Shown: positions 28,190-38,104, numbered from the stretch's first letter. The stretch is 59,181 nucleotides of DNA from Mucilaginibacter sp. (GCA_039935595.1 JBDTJZ010000216.1), one strand, 5' to 3'. Notes: generated by a model from the letters alone, not told the origin. Numbers and translations: made by a program.

Positions 28190-28342
28190 TTTGGCTAAAG
28201 CCCTTTTATGCATTTTTTCTATCCGCCCCATAAATGGGACGGCAATGAATTAATTAACATTATTATCGATTTTAATTAACTGTTCATTGCCGTTGACTTT
28301 AGTCAACGGAACTAATAGTAATAAGACTTGGCTTTAGCCAAA
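28190..28342. repeat. Composite palindromic repeat (copy 2 of 2)
   Basis: tttggctaaagcc...ccgccccataaatgggacggcaatgaa...ttcattgccgttgactttagtcaacgg...ggctttagccaaa. Confidence 0.8.
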
Positions 28343-28343
28343 T

Positions 28344-29702
28344 TCAATCCCCTAAAAAATCAGCATACCACTGCCCGGATGCTTTTACGGTGCGCTGTTG
28401 CGTTTCAAAATCAACGTGGATGATGCCAAAGCGGGGGTTATAGCCTTCGGCCCATTCAAAATTATCAGTCAGCGTCCATATAAAATAACCGCTTACTTCG
28501 TAGCCATCGCTTTTGGCGCGCGCAACTTGTTGCAAAAAGTCCTGCAGATACTGCGCACGCTTAGTATCATTAATTACGCCATCTACCACCTCATCAGGAA
28601 AAGCCGAACCACTTTCGGTAAGGTATATCTTTTTGATCTGAGGATAAGCGTTAAACTGTTTCAGCATGTGATATATCGATTCCGGGTAAACTTCCCAGCC
28701 CATTGCAGTTGTGGGTACGTTCCGTTTTTCGGCCTTTACCAGTTTAGCGTGAATATAGGGCGTAAATAGCGAGTATTTAACAATTTCTCGGGTGTAGTTT
28801 TGTACACCAATAAAATCAAAATCAAAAATTAGATTGGCTTCATCGCCGGGCAAAATATACTTCTCCATCCCCTTTAAAACCGAAAGTTCGGGATAGCCCA
28901 TGCCCAATATCGGCTCAATAAATAAGCGGTTTAACAATGCATCTACCCGTTTAGCCGCAGCCACATCGCGCGGTTTGTTGGAATAAGGTTCAATATACGA
29001 GCAAGAAAATGTAGTGCCTATCTGTGTAGTTTTCGGCAATAATTTACGCAGCGTCTTCCCTCCTGCTACCATACATAATACCGCATGGTGTACGGCAGGT
29101 AAAAAATTCTTTAGCCCGGTTTTACCCGGCGCGTGGATGCCAAAAAAGTACCCCGCACCCGTAAATACTGTAGGCTCGTTCATTACCATCCAGTGCTTTA
29201 CCCTATCGCCAAAACTTTGGGCACAAAGTGTTGTGTAGTTGGTAAACCAATCAACAATAGCCCGGTTTGTCCAGCCGCCCTGTAGTTCCAGCGCGTGCGG
29301 CAGGTCCCAGTGGTAAATAGTTACCCAGGGTTCCACACCTTGCTGCAGACAGTAGTCAATAACGCGGTTATAATAATCAATACCGGCCTGGTTAACGCGG
29401 CCGGTGCCATCAGGCAATAAACGCGACCACGAAATAGAAAACCGGAAAGCCTTTATATTTAGTTGTTTAATGAGGTCGATGTCCGCTTCATAGCGGTTAT
29501 AAAAATCGCAGGCGATATGGTGGTGATGGCCGCCAAATATCTTTCCTTTTTTTGTTGAAAAAACATCCCATACTGATTCACCCTTGCCATCGGCATCATG
29601 GGCACCTTCAATTTGCAGGGCAGCCGTAGAAACTCCCCAAACAAAGTCATCACCAAAAAGTTGCTTATTAAGCGGTATATCCTGAATATTAGTAGATTTC
29701 AT
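28344..29702 (-). CDS. GH1 beta-glucosidase
   Basis: QIEGA, RFSISWSR, YHWDLP, MNEP, LTESG and DNFEWAEGY motifs. Confidence 0.95.
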   Translation of the reverse strand: MKSTNIQDIPLNKQLFGDDFVWGVSTAALQIEGAHDADGKGESVWDVFSTKKGKIFGGHHHHIACDFYNRYEADIDLIKQLNIKAFRFSISWSRLLPDGTGRVNQAGIDYYNRVIDYCLQQGVEPWVTIYHWDLPHALELQGGWTNRAIVDWFTNYTTLCAQSFGDRVKHWMVMNEPTVFTGAGYFFGIHAPGKTGLKNFLPAVHHAVLCMVAGGKTLRKLLPKTTQIGTTFSCSYIEPYSNKPRDVAAAKRVDALLNRLFIEPILGMGYPELSVLKGMEKYILPGDEANLIFDFDFIGVQNYTREIVKYSLFTPYIHAKLVKAEKRNVPTTAMGWEVYPESIYHMLKQFNAYPQIKKIYLTESGSAFPDEVVDGVINDTKRAQYLQDFLQQVARAKSDGYEVSGYFIWTLTDNFEWAEGYNPRFGIIHVDFETQQRTVKASGQWYADFLGD

Positions 29703-29931
29703 TAAGTTGAGCTAACGCAGGGCTCAAAAGTAGTACAATTAGCTAAAAGAAACGTTTTATTAAATAGCTTAATGAATAAATGAAGACCTCATGCTTTTCA
29801 AGATCATCCACTCGCATAAATGACTGAATAAATTTAATATCGCTTTCATAACTTTATGTTTTATGTTGATACTAAGGTAATGAGGATATGTGTGGTTATG
29901 GTGTTGTTTGTGTTATGTTATTGTAAACCAA

Positions 29932-31215
29932 TTATCCCATCGTTTTGTAATCCAGGTCAGTCAAATCCTTTACCGAGCCAAAGCCAATCACATCTTTAAC
30001 CACCTGCCCGTCGGTCATTTCAACAGCGCGGATAAGTTTGTCTGAGCCAAATTTATCTTTTATTTCATGCATGGTTTTAAATGCGGTTTCCTTGCGGTCC
30101 ATATCTTCAAATAAACTGTACAGCATATTACCATTGTTTACAAAGTTGGTTACACCCACGCGCATACTGGTTATTTCTGTAGTCATTACAGGGCCGGTTT
30201 GGGTTAGTTGTTCAAATTTATCAATACGTACACGTATCATACGCATAATACTTATGGCATCCTGCACAGGGGTAGTTATGGTAAAGGCATCATCCCAACG
30301 TGTACCATCTTCATAACGGGCAGTAAACGCTACCGACTTACAATAAAACTTATGTTTTACCATGCGCTTTTCCAGGGTAAGGCAAAGCGTCATAAACAAC
30401 TGGTCAATATAGGTAATGTGTTGCCTTTTTTCTGCGGATATCTGCCGCATGGCCTGCATACCCCTATAATCGTGCGCGGCAATATTGGTTTCGATAAAAT
30501 TGAGGCGATAATGCCAGTAAATACCTTCAATCCCTTTAAAAATAGCTTTCAATTTATCGGGGCCGGCGTACCGCATTTGCAATGGAGTATTTATCCCTGC
30601 CCGCTCAAGCCGATAGCTCATATTGCCGCCAATACCGGGCATATCACCTAATTTTAACGGGCGTAGTATGTCGTCAATATTTTGCGGGGTTATCAATAGC
30701 AGCCCATCCAGTTTTTTGCCGCGTACCGATCCCAGTTTGGCTAAAAAAGCATTTGGCGCAATACCGACGGAACAGGTGAGCCAATCGCCCACTTTTTCTA
30801 AAATATCACGTTTTATTTTTTTGGCGATAGTTACCGGATCAAGATAGTCATAGTTGGTAAGGTTGATAATGGCCTCGTCAATACTTTTGGCTACCACGTC
30901 CTTACTGTATTGGAGTAATACATTAATAATTTTGGTGTGGTACTCGCGGTAACGGGCGGGGTTGCTCTCAACCGGCACCAGGTCAGGGCAAACCGCCATG
31001 GCATCATTTAACCGCATCCCCGCTTTTAAACCACGTGCTTTTGCCTCTTTTGAAAGTGAAATAACGCAGCCATACTTACCCGTATACACGCAAACCCCCA
31101 CGGGCCGATGGCGTAGCCAGTAATTGGCCTGCTGCTCGCAACGGGCAAAGTAGCTGTCCATATCAACAAACAGCACCTTCGATTCGGTTTTTACTTCAAT
31201 GGAGTTTTGATTCAC
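29932..31215 (-). CDS. Second Y-family (DinB/UmuC-like) DNA polymerase
   Basis: FVDMDSYFARCE, SKEAKARG, SIDEA, SVGIAPNAFLAKL and MPGIG motifs; C-terminal YSLF...IKDKFG. Confidence 0.9.
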   Translation of the reverse strand: MNQNSIEVKTESKVLFVDMDSYFARCEQQANYWLRHRPVGVCVYTGKYGCVISLSKEAKARGLKAGMRLNDAMAVCPDLVPVESNPARYREYHTKIINVLLQYSKDVVAKSIDEAIINLTNYDYLDPVTIAKKIKRDILEKVGDWLTCSVGIAPNAFLAKLGSVRGKKLDGLLLITPQNIDDILRPLKLGDMPGIGGNMSYRLERAGINTPLQMRYAGPDKLKAIFKGIEGIYWHYRLNFIETNIAAHDYRGMQAMRQISAEKRQHITYIDQLFMTLCLTLEKRMVKHKFYCKSVAFTARYEDGTRWDDAFTITTPVQDAISIMRMIRVRIDKFEQLTQTGPVMTTEITSMRVGVTNFVNNGNMLYSLFEDMDRKETAFKTMHEIKDKFGSDKLIRAVEMTDGQVVKDVIGFGSVKDLTDLDYKTMG

Positions 31216-31223
31216 TTTGTAAA

Positions 31224-31244
31224 TTTGCTAATAATATTAGCAAA
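31224..31244. promoter_or_regulatory. Putative SOS operator CTAA-N5-TTAG
   Basis: tttgctaa-taata-ttagcaaa, 8-bp perfect arms just upstream of the polymerase start. Confidence 0.75.
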
Positions 31245-31277
31245 AAACAAAACTAAATCCTATTATAATTTAATATA

Positions 31278-32075
31278 TTATTTCGGGCGACGATCCTCTG
31301 AGAAAAGCACACTCATTAAAATCGGCTGTTTAATTATCTGGCCATGACTATAATAGGCATTCCAAGGCATAAGACCTATTACCCTTATCGCTTCATCATT
31401 AAGTATTTTGTCATCACTGGGCTTAAATAAACTTATGTTTTCGGGTTTCCCTAATTTGCCAGGTTGAAAAACGATGTTAATTCTTTTTGCCCCGCTTTTA
31501 AGATTGGGGATAATTAACCAATTAATATGATCATTTATAAATTTTGTACGCGCATTGCTGTCCTCATTATAAACCGCATCTTTAACGAACGGATAAACAA
31601 ATTCCTTAACCCCGGTAACTTTTCCGTTTAAAACAACGACACGAGTTTCGGCAGCATAAACAGGGCTCATGTAAGTATAAGTATAAATTGGTTTTCCTTG
31701 AGCCGCCCAAATATCCCCCTTAAACCACACGGCTTTTACCATTCCATTTTTAACTGTTACCGATCCATCATTAAACAAAGGTGTAAGGTCTGTTTTGTGT
31801 TGAAATTTTGTATCGTTACAACTATAAATATTGATTAGGTACAGTTCATTATTAACTACTGTCCATTCCGCATTATAGCTGTCGCATGGGTCATCATAAG
31901 AAGTGGTACGATAGCTAACCAGTTTTTCTTTAATAGTTTTTACTAAAGGATATTTATTTAGCGGACTTTCGGAAGTTAGCGGAAAGGTTTTTCCGTTGAT
32001 GATGATAATATCGCTTTTAGCTTTGAAACTAAAAATCAACATAAAAACAATATACAGGATAAGGAGACGGTTCAT
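31278..32075 (-). CDS. Secreted hypothetical protein with a TonB-C-like C-terminus
   Basis: Signal peptide; C-terminal ILNDEAIRVIGLMPW...VLF. Confidence 0.6.
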   Translation of the reverse strand: MNRLLILYIVFMLIFSFKAKSDIIIINGKTFPLTSESPLNKYPLVKTIKEKLVSYRTTSYDDPCDSYNAEWTVVNNELYLINIYSCNDTKFQHKTDLTPLFNDGSVTVKNGMVKAVWFKGDIWAAQGKPIYTYTYMSPVYAAETRVVVLNGKVTGVKEFVYPFVKDAVYNEDSNARTKFINDHINWLIIPNLKSGAKRINIVFQPGKLGKPENISLFKPSDDKILNDEAIRVIGLMPWNAYYSHGQIIKQPILMSVLFSEDRRPK

Positions 32076-32088
32076 GAATTAAATATAC

Positions 32089-32118
32089 AAAAAAGCCCCA
32101 CGAATTTTCGTAAGGCTC
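32089..32118 (-). terminator. Intrinsic terminator after the sigma54-type regulator
   Basis: Minus strand agccttacgaaaattcgtggggctttttt. Confidence 0.7.
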
Positions 32119-32200
32119 TATATATTGAGGTTAATTTCTTTAGTTTCGAAATGAGAAAAACATTCACTCACTCACTAATTCACTCAATCACTAATTAAAA

Positions 32201-33580
32201 CTACTCCCCCCTTTTCAACCCGTACTTCTCAATTTTACTGTACAGGTGGCTGCGTTGTATATCAATATCGTCGGCGGTTTTTGATACGTTCCAGTTGTTT
32301 TTTTCGAGTTTGAATTTAATATACTCGCGCTCGGCATAGTCCTTATAGTCCTGGAAGTTTTTAAACTGGTTAAAATCGGTTTCCGCAGCGCCATTGCCAT
32401 TTGTGGCGGCAGCTACCGGCGCCGACGGGTTGGCAAACGCCTTCACATCCGCATCCGTAATGGTTTTATCGCTTAGAATAATTAAGCGCTCCACCATATT
32501 ACGCAGCTCGCGGATGTTACCCGTCCACGGCAGGGCTTTAAGGGCCTCCAGCGCCGCTTCTGATATCTTTTTAACCGGCATACCGTAGTCATTGCATATC
32601 TCCTCTAAAAAGCTTTGCGTTAGCAGGCTTATATCGTCCCTGCGCTCGGTTAGTGGTGGTACGTGTATCAGTATCACACTCAAGCGGTGGTAAAGGTCCA
32701 TACGGAAGTTACCCGCCTCAATTTCTTTCAGCAGATCTTTATTGGTTGCGGCAACTACGCGCACATTCACCTCAATTTCCTTTTCGCCGCCTACGCGGGT
32801 TATTTTGTGCTCCTGCAGGGCGCGCAATACTTTGGCCTGGGCCGACAGGCTCATGTCGCCTATCTCATCCATAAACAGGGTACCGCCCGATGCGGATTCA
32901 AACTTGCCTATGCGCTGTTTGATGGCCGAGGTAAACGACCCCTTCTCGTGCCCAAACAACTCGCTCTCTATCAACTCCGACGGGATGGCCGCGCAGTTAA
33001 CCTCTATCAGCGGGGCGTTGGCACGGCTTGATTTTTCATGCAGCCAGCGGGCCACCAGCTCCTTGCCGCTGCCGTTGGCACCGGTTATCAGTACGCGGGC
33101 ATCGGTCGGGGCCACGCGCTCAATGGTTTCTTTTATTTTGCCTATGGCCTGGCTCTCGCCCAGTATGGGGCGAACTTTGGATACCTTACGTTTTAACGTT
33201 TTGGTCTCTACCACCAGACTGCCCCTGTCCAGCGCGTTACGCACGGTTATCAGGAGGCGGTTTAGGTCGGGTGGTTTGGAGATGAAATCGAAAGCGCCTT
33301 TTTTGCTGGCCTCCACAGCGGTCTCCACCGTACCGTGACCGGATATCATAATAAACGGCAGATCGGGTTTTATGGCCAGACCCTCGCTTAAAACCTCCAT
33401 GCCGTCCATGCGGTTCATTTTAATATCGCATAGCACCAGGTCAAAATCTTCCTTGCGGATCAGCTCCAACCCGTCGACGCCGTTATCTATATCAACAACT
33501 TCATAATCTTCATATTCCAGTATCTCGCGCAGGGTACTGCGTATGGCGCGTTCGTCGTCAATAATTAAAATTTTAGCCAT
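32201..33580 (-). CDS. NtrC/NtrX-family response regulator (REC-AAA+-Fis)
   Basis: IIDDE, GANGSGKE, ESELFGHEKGSFTSA, WTGNIRELRN and a Fis-type HTH. Confidence 0.94.
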   Translation of the reverse strand: MAKILIIDDERAIRSTLREILEYEDYEVVDIDNGVDGLELIRKEDFDLVLCDIKMNRMDGMEVLSEGLAIKPDLPFIMISGHGTVETAVEASKKGAFDFISKPPDLNRLLITVRNALDRGSLVVETKTLKRKVSKVRPILGESQAIGKIKETIERVAPTDARVLITGANGSGKELVARWLHEKSSRANAPLIEVNCAAIPSELIESELFGHEKGSFTSAIKQRIGKFESASGGTLFMDEIGDMSLSAQAKVLRALQEHKITRVGGEKEIEVNVRVVAATNKDLLKEIEAGNFRMDLYHRLSVILIHVPPLTERRDDISLLTQSFLEEICNDYGMPVKKISEAALEALKALPWTGNIRELRNMVERLIILSDKTITDADVKAFANPSAPVAAATNGNGAAETDFNQFKNFQDYKDYAEREYIKFKLEKNNWNVSKTADDIDIQRSHLYSKIEKYGLKRGE

Positions 33581-33795
33581 GTTTATTTGTTAGGTAGTTA
33601 CGTATTTGCTAATATATGCTTTTGTATATTAAACTAAACACTTTTGGAGGGATGTTGTTTTGGGTTTGGTTAAATTTGTTGATTGGGTTGATTGGGTGAG
33701 TGGTTGGGGCTGAGTGTCTGAACCGCTGATTATGGTGATTGTTGGATTGCGCTGATGCCCGATTAGCAGCAGCGAAATTTAAGCATGATTTTTTG

Positions 33796-33887
33796 GGTTA
33801 ACAGGGTTAACACAACTTAACATATTTCGGCAAAAAAATGAGTTAATTAATTGATAATCAATTTGTTAATAAAAAAAGGTGTTAACC
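33796..33887. other. Site with back-to-back IHF-consensus matches between GGTTWACA arms (copy 2)
   Basis: ggttaaca x2, taattaattgataatcaatttgtta, tgttaacc. Confidence 0.45.
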
Positions 33888-33983
33888 ATGATTTTATTTT
33901 TACAACACATTGTCTTTCAGTATTTTATACCAATAAAGTGGTTTTTTTGTATTTAAGGGTGAAATTGAAACTTTTTCACTTAG

Positions 33984-34030
33984 TCACGAGTACGCAACCC
34001 GCTGGCCGGCGCTGGATACTCGCGCCAGCA
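33984..34030 (+). repeat. Family D REP-like hairpin, left of hamAB
   Basis: tcacgagta...tactcgcgccagca; an inverted partner lies at 37669. Confidence 0.6.
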
Positions 34031-34140
34031 TTGGGGCAATAAGATAATTTATGTATTTAGTGAGGTATAACCTATTGATAGTAAGTTAATTTGTAACTTA
34101 GACTTTATTTAATAGTTTTCACAACCTTATCAAATCTATT

Positions 34141-35082
34141 ATGATTCAAAATCAGGCTGAACAAATCGGTTTAGAAGATGGCTTTGACGTTTCAGAAGAT
34201 AGTTATAATGCGCTGATCGACGTAATTCATCAAGATATAAAAGTAAATGAACGGGTTGATGCCAGTTTTCATTTTTTAAAATATCATGATTGTATTGACC
34301 GCGAGGGAGATTTTTTAAAAAGCCTCCGCAAACATCTTGTATACTATTGTTTTCCAAAAGCAAGATACAAAGGTAAAACAGTTGATGAAATAACCGAGTT
34401 GGTTTTTGAAGGGCGGGATAAATTCTTTAATGCTAAGGATTCAGCGAATGGCCGCAAAGGCTCCAGCAGGTCGGGTGAACTTGGAGAAATAGCCCTATAT
34501 TTTTTACTGGAATCTTATCTAAAAGCTCCCCAAATCATCAGTAAAATGTCCCTAAAAACGACACAAGGAGAAAATTTCAAAGGTTCAGACGGCATTCATT
34601 TAGGTATTCAGGGCGATAAGAAATGTATCTTTTATTGTGAATCAAAACTTAACAAAAAGCGTGATGCTGCTTTTGACGATTGTGTTAAATCTGTTTTAGA
34701 TTTTCAAGGAAAGAAAAAGGATTTTGAAATATCAATCATCAACAATCATATTGATGTATCAAATGCAGAATTGCGTGAAGCTATTATAGAGTTTTTAGAT
34801 CCCACCAAACCAAAGGGTGATGATTGGCTTGAAGTGCACGCTTGTTTTATAGGGTTCAATTGGGACAAGTTTGTTGACATCGAAACTTGTTTACCTAATG
34901 ATAAGTTAATGGGCGAACTAAAAAAACAACTTACAGCAGAAATCTCTGTGATGAAAGATTATTTGAATAAGAAAATAGTTTATCCTTCCATAAAACAACG
35001 TTTTTTTTTCTTCGTAATGCCTTTTAAGGACATTGACACGTTAAGGACTACCTTTCTAACCTTGTTATATGGAAACAAATAG
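34141..35082 (+). CDS. hamA: Hachiman HamA (DUF1837) nuclease
   Basis: GELGEIALYFLLE, APQIISKMSLKT, GSDGIH and CESKL motifs; overlaps the downstream SF2 helicase; AT-rich. Confidence 0.85.
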   Translation: MIQNQAEQIGLEDGFDVSEDSYNALIDVIHQDIKVNERVDASFHFLKYHDCIDREGDFLKSLRKHLVYYCFPKARYKGKTVDEITELVFEGRDKFFNAKDSANGRKGSSRSGELGEIALYFLLESYLKAPQIISKMSLKTTQGENFKGSDGIHLGIQGDKKCIFYCESKLNKKRDAAFDDCVKSVLDFQGKKKDFEISIINNHIDVSNAELREAIIEFLDPTKPKGDDWLEVHACFIGFNWDKFVDIETCLPNDKLMGELKKQLTAEISVMKDYLNKKIVYPSIKQRFFFFVMPFKDIDTLRTTFLTLLYGNK

Positions 35083-37657
35083 CGAATCCATTTATGACAC
35101 ACTTTCTGAACGAATCAGCAAGTCTGATAAGTTTAAAGTCTATAACAGGCTTGTTCAGAATGAAATATTAGGGAGTTTAAACTTGCAGGGCATTTCCGGA
35201 ATAAACCTACAGGTAGATGATATACAATTTCTGATTCAGTCTGCATCTATCTTCGCCTGTTCCACTAAAGATGAATACAAACAAATTGGTTACAGTATCG
35301 GTACGTTGTTGTATATCTATTATAAAGAAGAATATCCGGAAATTATAGATATCTGTTCCTTTTTATTGGTTCGATTGGGTAATTTCCCGGCACATCAATT
35401 ATTGATGAAAAAATGTGCCATAACTGAATCGGAGAAATTTTCAGAAATGCCTTTTGATTTACAGATTGAATCAGCCAGCAAAAGCGTTGAAAACAAAGTA
35501 CATATTGGTGAAGTCGAACTTCTATTAACTGATTTCCAGCGAGATTTATTAGAATCTCTAACCAAGGGGATTGACTCCAGTTTTTCAGCACCTACTTCCG
35601 CAGGAAAATCCTTTTTGCTAATTCTCTATATTATTAACTTAATTAAAACAAGGGATCAGGTTAATATTGTTTATGTGGTACCGACAAAAGCTCTTATCAA
35701 TCAGGTTAAAAATGACATCCGCGAAAGCTTTAGGAGATATGACATAGATGATGTACGGGTGCTCTCTTCAACTATCTCTTTTGAATTTGAAGATATATAC
35801 ACTCAAATCAAACAGGAAAAGCACATTTTGATCTTAACACAGGAAAGATTAAGCAATTTTTTATCAAAATCAGAATTGGATATAAATCTTGACGTACTTA
35901 TCGTGGATGAGGCGCAAAAAATCAACGACGGCAATAGAGGAATTATCCTAGAACGCGTGATACGACAGACTATAAAGAGATTTCCACTATTAAAAGTCGT
36001 ATTTTCTTCACCGCTTGCTTCAAATCCTGAATTTTTTCAAAAGTATAAAGTATCAGTTCAAAAATTCCAGACAAACTATTCACAAGTACACCAAAATGTT
36101 ATTTTTCTTAATTCGAATAAAAAACTGGAGTTCCTTGCATGTCTGGGTGTGACACAAATGCCAATATTAAAAGAATCTACATTGCAAAAACAGTGTCCTA
36201 CTACAAATAAAGCTAAAATGGCTTTTTGGGCGTTCCACCTTGGAAAAAATCAATCAAATATCTTATACGCAAACGGAGCGTCCGATACTGAGCAGTTAGC
36301 GAGCGAATTGTGTAAATATTTGCCGGATGTACAGCATGAAGCCATAAGCATTTTTTCAGAATTTATAAAGGATAATATACACACAGATTATACATTGATC
36401 GACTGTCTAAAGAAGGGTGTGGTTTTTCACTATTCGACTATGCCCCGTGAACTCAAGGAAAAGATCGAAGAGCTATTTGCAAATGAAAGCATTCCGGTAA
36501 ACTATCTTTGTTGCACAAGTACCTTATTGGAGGGTATGAATTTACCCGCACGAAATGTATTCATCCATAAGCCAACAAAAGGCCGAGGAACCAAAATGGG
36601 TAAATTTGACTTTTGGAACTTGGCAGGAAGAGCGGGGAGATTATTAAAAGATTTTTATGGAAACATTTATTGTATAGATGTACGGGAATGGGGCATCGAG
36701 GGCTATATTCCCGAGAGATCAATTGAAAACTACACCATAGAAAGTGCTACCGAAGATTCCTTAAGTACCCGAAGTGCCGACCTGTCGGCTTATTTGCAAA
36801 ACGCCAAAGAGCCCTTTCCGGCAAAAGAAAAAGACATTTTAGAACAGGCAACATCAACATTTATACTCGATTTCTTAGAAGATAATGCCAATACGGTTGA
36901 ACGATTTGTAAGTGAGAATCAAATGGTGCTTAACTCTCTGGACAACATATTAAAAATAGACGGAGCCATTAAAACTATTGCAACGAAAAATGTCTTGCCA
37001 AAAGAGATATTACGAAAAAACTCGGGAATAGACCCGCGGTTTCAAAATGACCTTTTTTTATTGTTTCACACAAAAATATACACTTACTTTTTGCCTAAAT
37101 ATCCAGCATCCGGCACGGAATTTTATAACTCCTTAGTAGCAATTTATCAGATAATTGATGATTTGTTTTTGGGAGGAACTGACAAAAACATATTAAGACA
37201 TTATGCAGTAATTTCCTCCCAATGGATAAATGAAAAATCTATTGGATTTTTAATTCAGGAGCGAATCGATTACGAAAAAAAAGAAAATAAATTTGTTTCA
37301 GTTAATAGATGTGTCCGGTCGATTGTAGACGAAATCGAACGCATCGTCACATTTAAGTATTCCAAATACTTAAAGTGCTACACAGATATTCTTCAACATT
37401 TCTTATTGACATCTGGCAGAGAGATCAATGTTATAAATTTGTCGGCTTATTTAGAACTTGGAGCTTATCATCCTACAACTTTAAGTTTATTATCGTTTGG
37501 TGTATCAAGGACAACTGCGATACGATTAAGAATAATTATAGGTAACAACAATTTGGACAGAGCTGAATGTCGAAAGTGGATAGATGACAATATGGAAAGG
37601 AAAAAGTCCGAGTTACCTAAAGTCTGTCAGGATGACTATGAAAAGAATTTTGAATAA
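35069..37657 (+). CDS. hamB: Hachiman HamB Ski2-like SF2 helicase
   Basis: APTSAGKS, VVPTKAL, TQER, DEAQ, TSTLLEGMNLPA and NLAGRAGR motifs; coupled to hamA. Confidence 0.85.
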   Translation: METNSESIYDTLSERISKSDKFKVYNRLVQNEILGSLNLQGISGINLQVDDIQFLIQSASIFACSTKDEYKQIGYSIGTLLYIYYKEEYPEIIDICSFLLVRLGNFPAHQLLMKKCAITESEKFSEMPFDLQIESASKSVENKVHIGEVELLLTDFQRDLLESLTKGIDSSFSAPTSAGKSFLLILYIINLIKTRDQVNIVYVVPTKALINQVKNDIRESFRRYDIDDVRVLSSTISFEFEDIYTQIKQEKHILILTQERLSNFLSKSELDINLDVLIVDEAQKINDGNRGIILERVIRQTIKRFPLLKVVFSSPLASNPEFFQKYKVSVQKFQTNYSQVHQNVIFLNSNKKLEFLACLGVTQMPILKESTLQKQCPTTNKAKMAFWAFHLGKNQSNILYANGASDTEQLASELCKYLPDVQHEAISIFSEFIKDNIHTDYTLIDCLKKGVVFHYSTMPRELKEKIEELFANESIPVNYLCCTSTLLEGMNLPARNVFIHKPTKGRGTKMGKFDFWNLAGRAGRLLKDFYGNIYCIDVREWGIEGYIPERSIENYTIESATEDSLSTRSADLSAYLQNAKEPFPAKEKDILEQATSTFILDFLEDNANTVERFVSENQMVLNSLDNILKIDGAIKTIATKNVLPKEILRKNSGIDPRFQNDLFLLFHTKIYTYFLPKYPASGTEFYNSLVAIYQIIDDLFLGGTDKNILRHYAVISSQWINEKSIGFLIQERIDYEKKENKFVSVNRCVRSIVDEIERIVTFKYSKYLKCYTDILQHFLLTSGREINVINLSAYLELGAYHPTTLSLLSFGVSRTTAIRLRIIIGNNNLDRAECRKWIDDNMERKKSELPKVCQDDYEKNFE

Positions 37658-37668
37658 TACCCCTCACC

Positions 37669-37694
37669 TGCTGGCGCACGCGTGTCGCGTGTGA
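37669..37694 (-). repeat. Family D REP-like hairpin, right of hamAB
   Basis: Reverse complement is tcacacgcgacacgcgtgcgccagca, same hairpin plus gcgccagca tail as 33984-34030. Confidence 0.6.
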
Positions 37695-37731
37695 TAAATT
37701 ATGATTTGTTTGAATGTCCTATGTAGTTGAA

Positions 37732-37775
37732 TGTCCTATGTAGAGATTGCCACGCTACCGCTCGCAATGACGCGC
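37732..37775 (-). repeat. Family C repeat within a 44-bp direct repeat (left)
   Basis: tgtcctatgtagagattgccacgctaccgctcgcaatgacgcgc, 43/44 identical to 38113-38156. Confidence 0.9.
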
Positions 37776-37827
37776 GGAGAGTGGTAGGCGGGCTACACAC
37801 TACCCGTTCGCAATGACATAAAAGGAA

Positions 37828-38104
37828 ATGTGGGCACCCGTCAGCCAAGCAACTTCGGGCGAAATCAGGTACAAACAATGGTGGGTGGTGCGGCTGCAGG
37901 GTATAGTAAATATTTGCCGGAGGGTTGGGCAAGCGCGACGCGGGGCAACTGTTTGCGGCCCAGGTTTTACCTGATTTGCAGGGCAAAGGCCCAGTGCGGC
38001 AGAGAAGCCTTTTGGCTGACTTGATCTTTTGTTACTTTTTCATCAAGGAAAAAGTAATAGGCCTCCGCGGCTATGAGCGGCGGATGTTGTCGTTTTCCAC
38101 ATAA
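37828..38104 (-). other. ~280-nt structured non-coding element (copy 2)
   Basis: Reverse complement aligns with 21228-21510. Confidence 0.75.

Noticed and set aside
28600-28625. GH1 nucleophile motif TESG instead of TENG
   Set aside because: The catalytic Glu is retained, so this is a minor variant
32215-33338. Several long antisense ORFs and higher GC in the sigma54-type regulator
   Set aside because: These are shadow frames of a conserved gene; GSFTSA in place of GAFTGA fits an NtrX-like subfamily and is not evidence of novelty
37699-38024. ORFs 37699-37986 and 37830-38024, plus 21309-21518 and 17289-17519
   Set aside because: They lie in repeats; the frames are not maintained over full length between copies, whereas base pairing is
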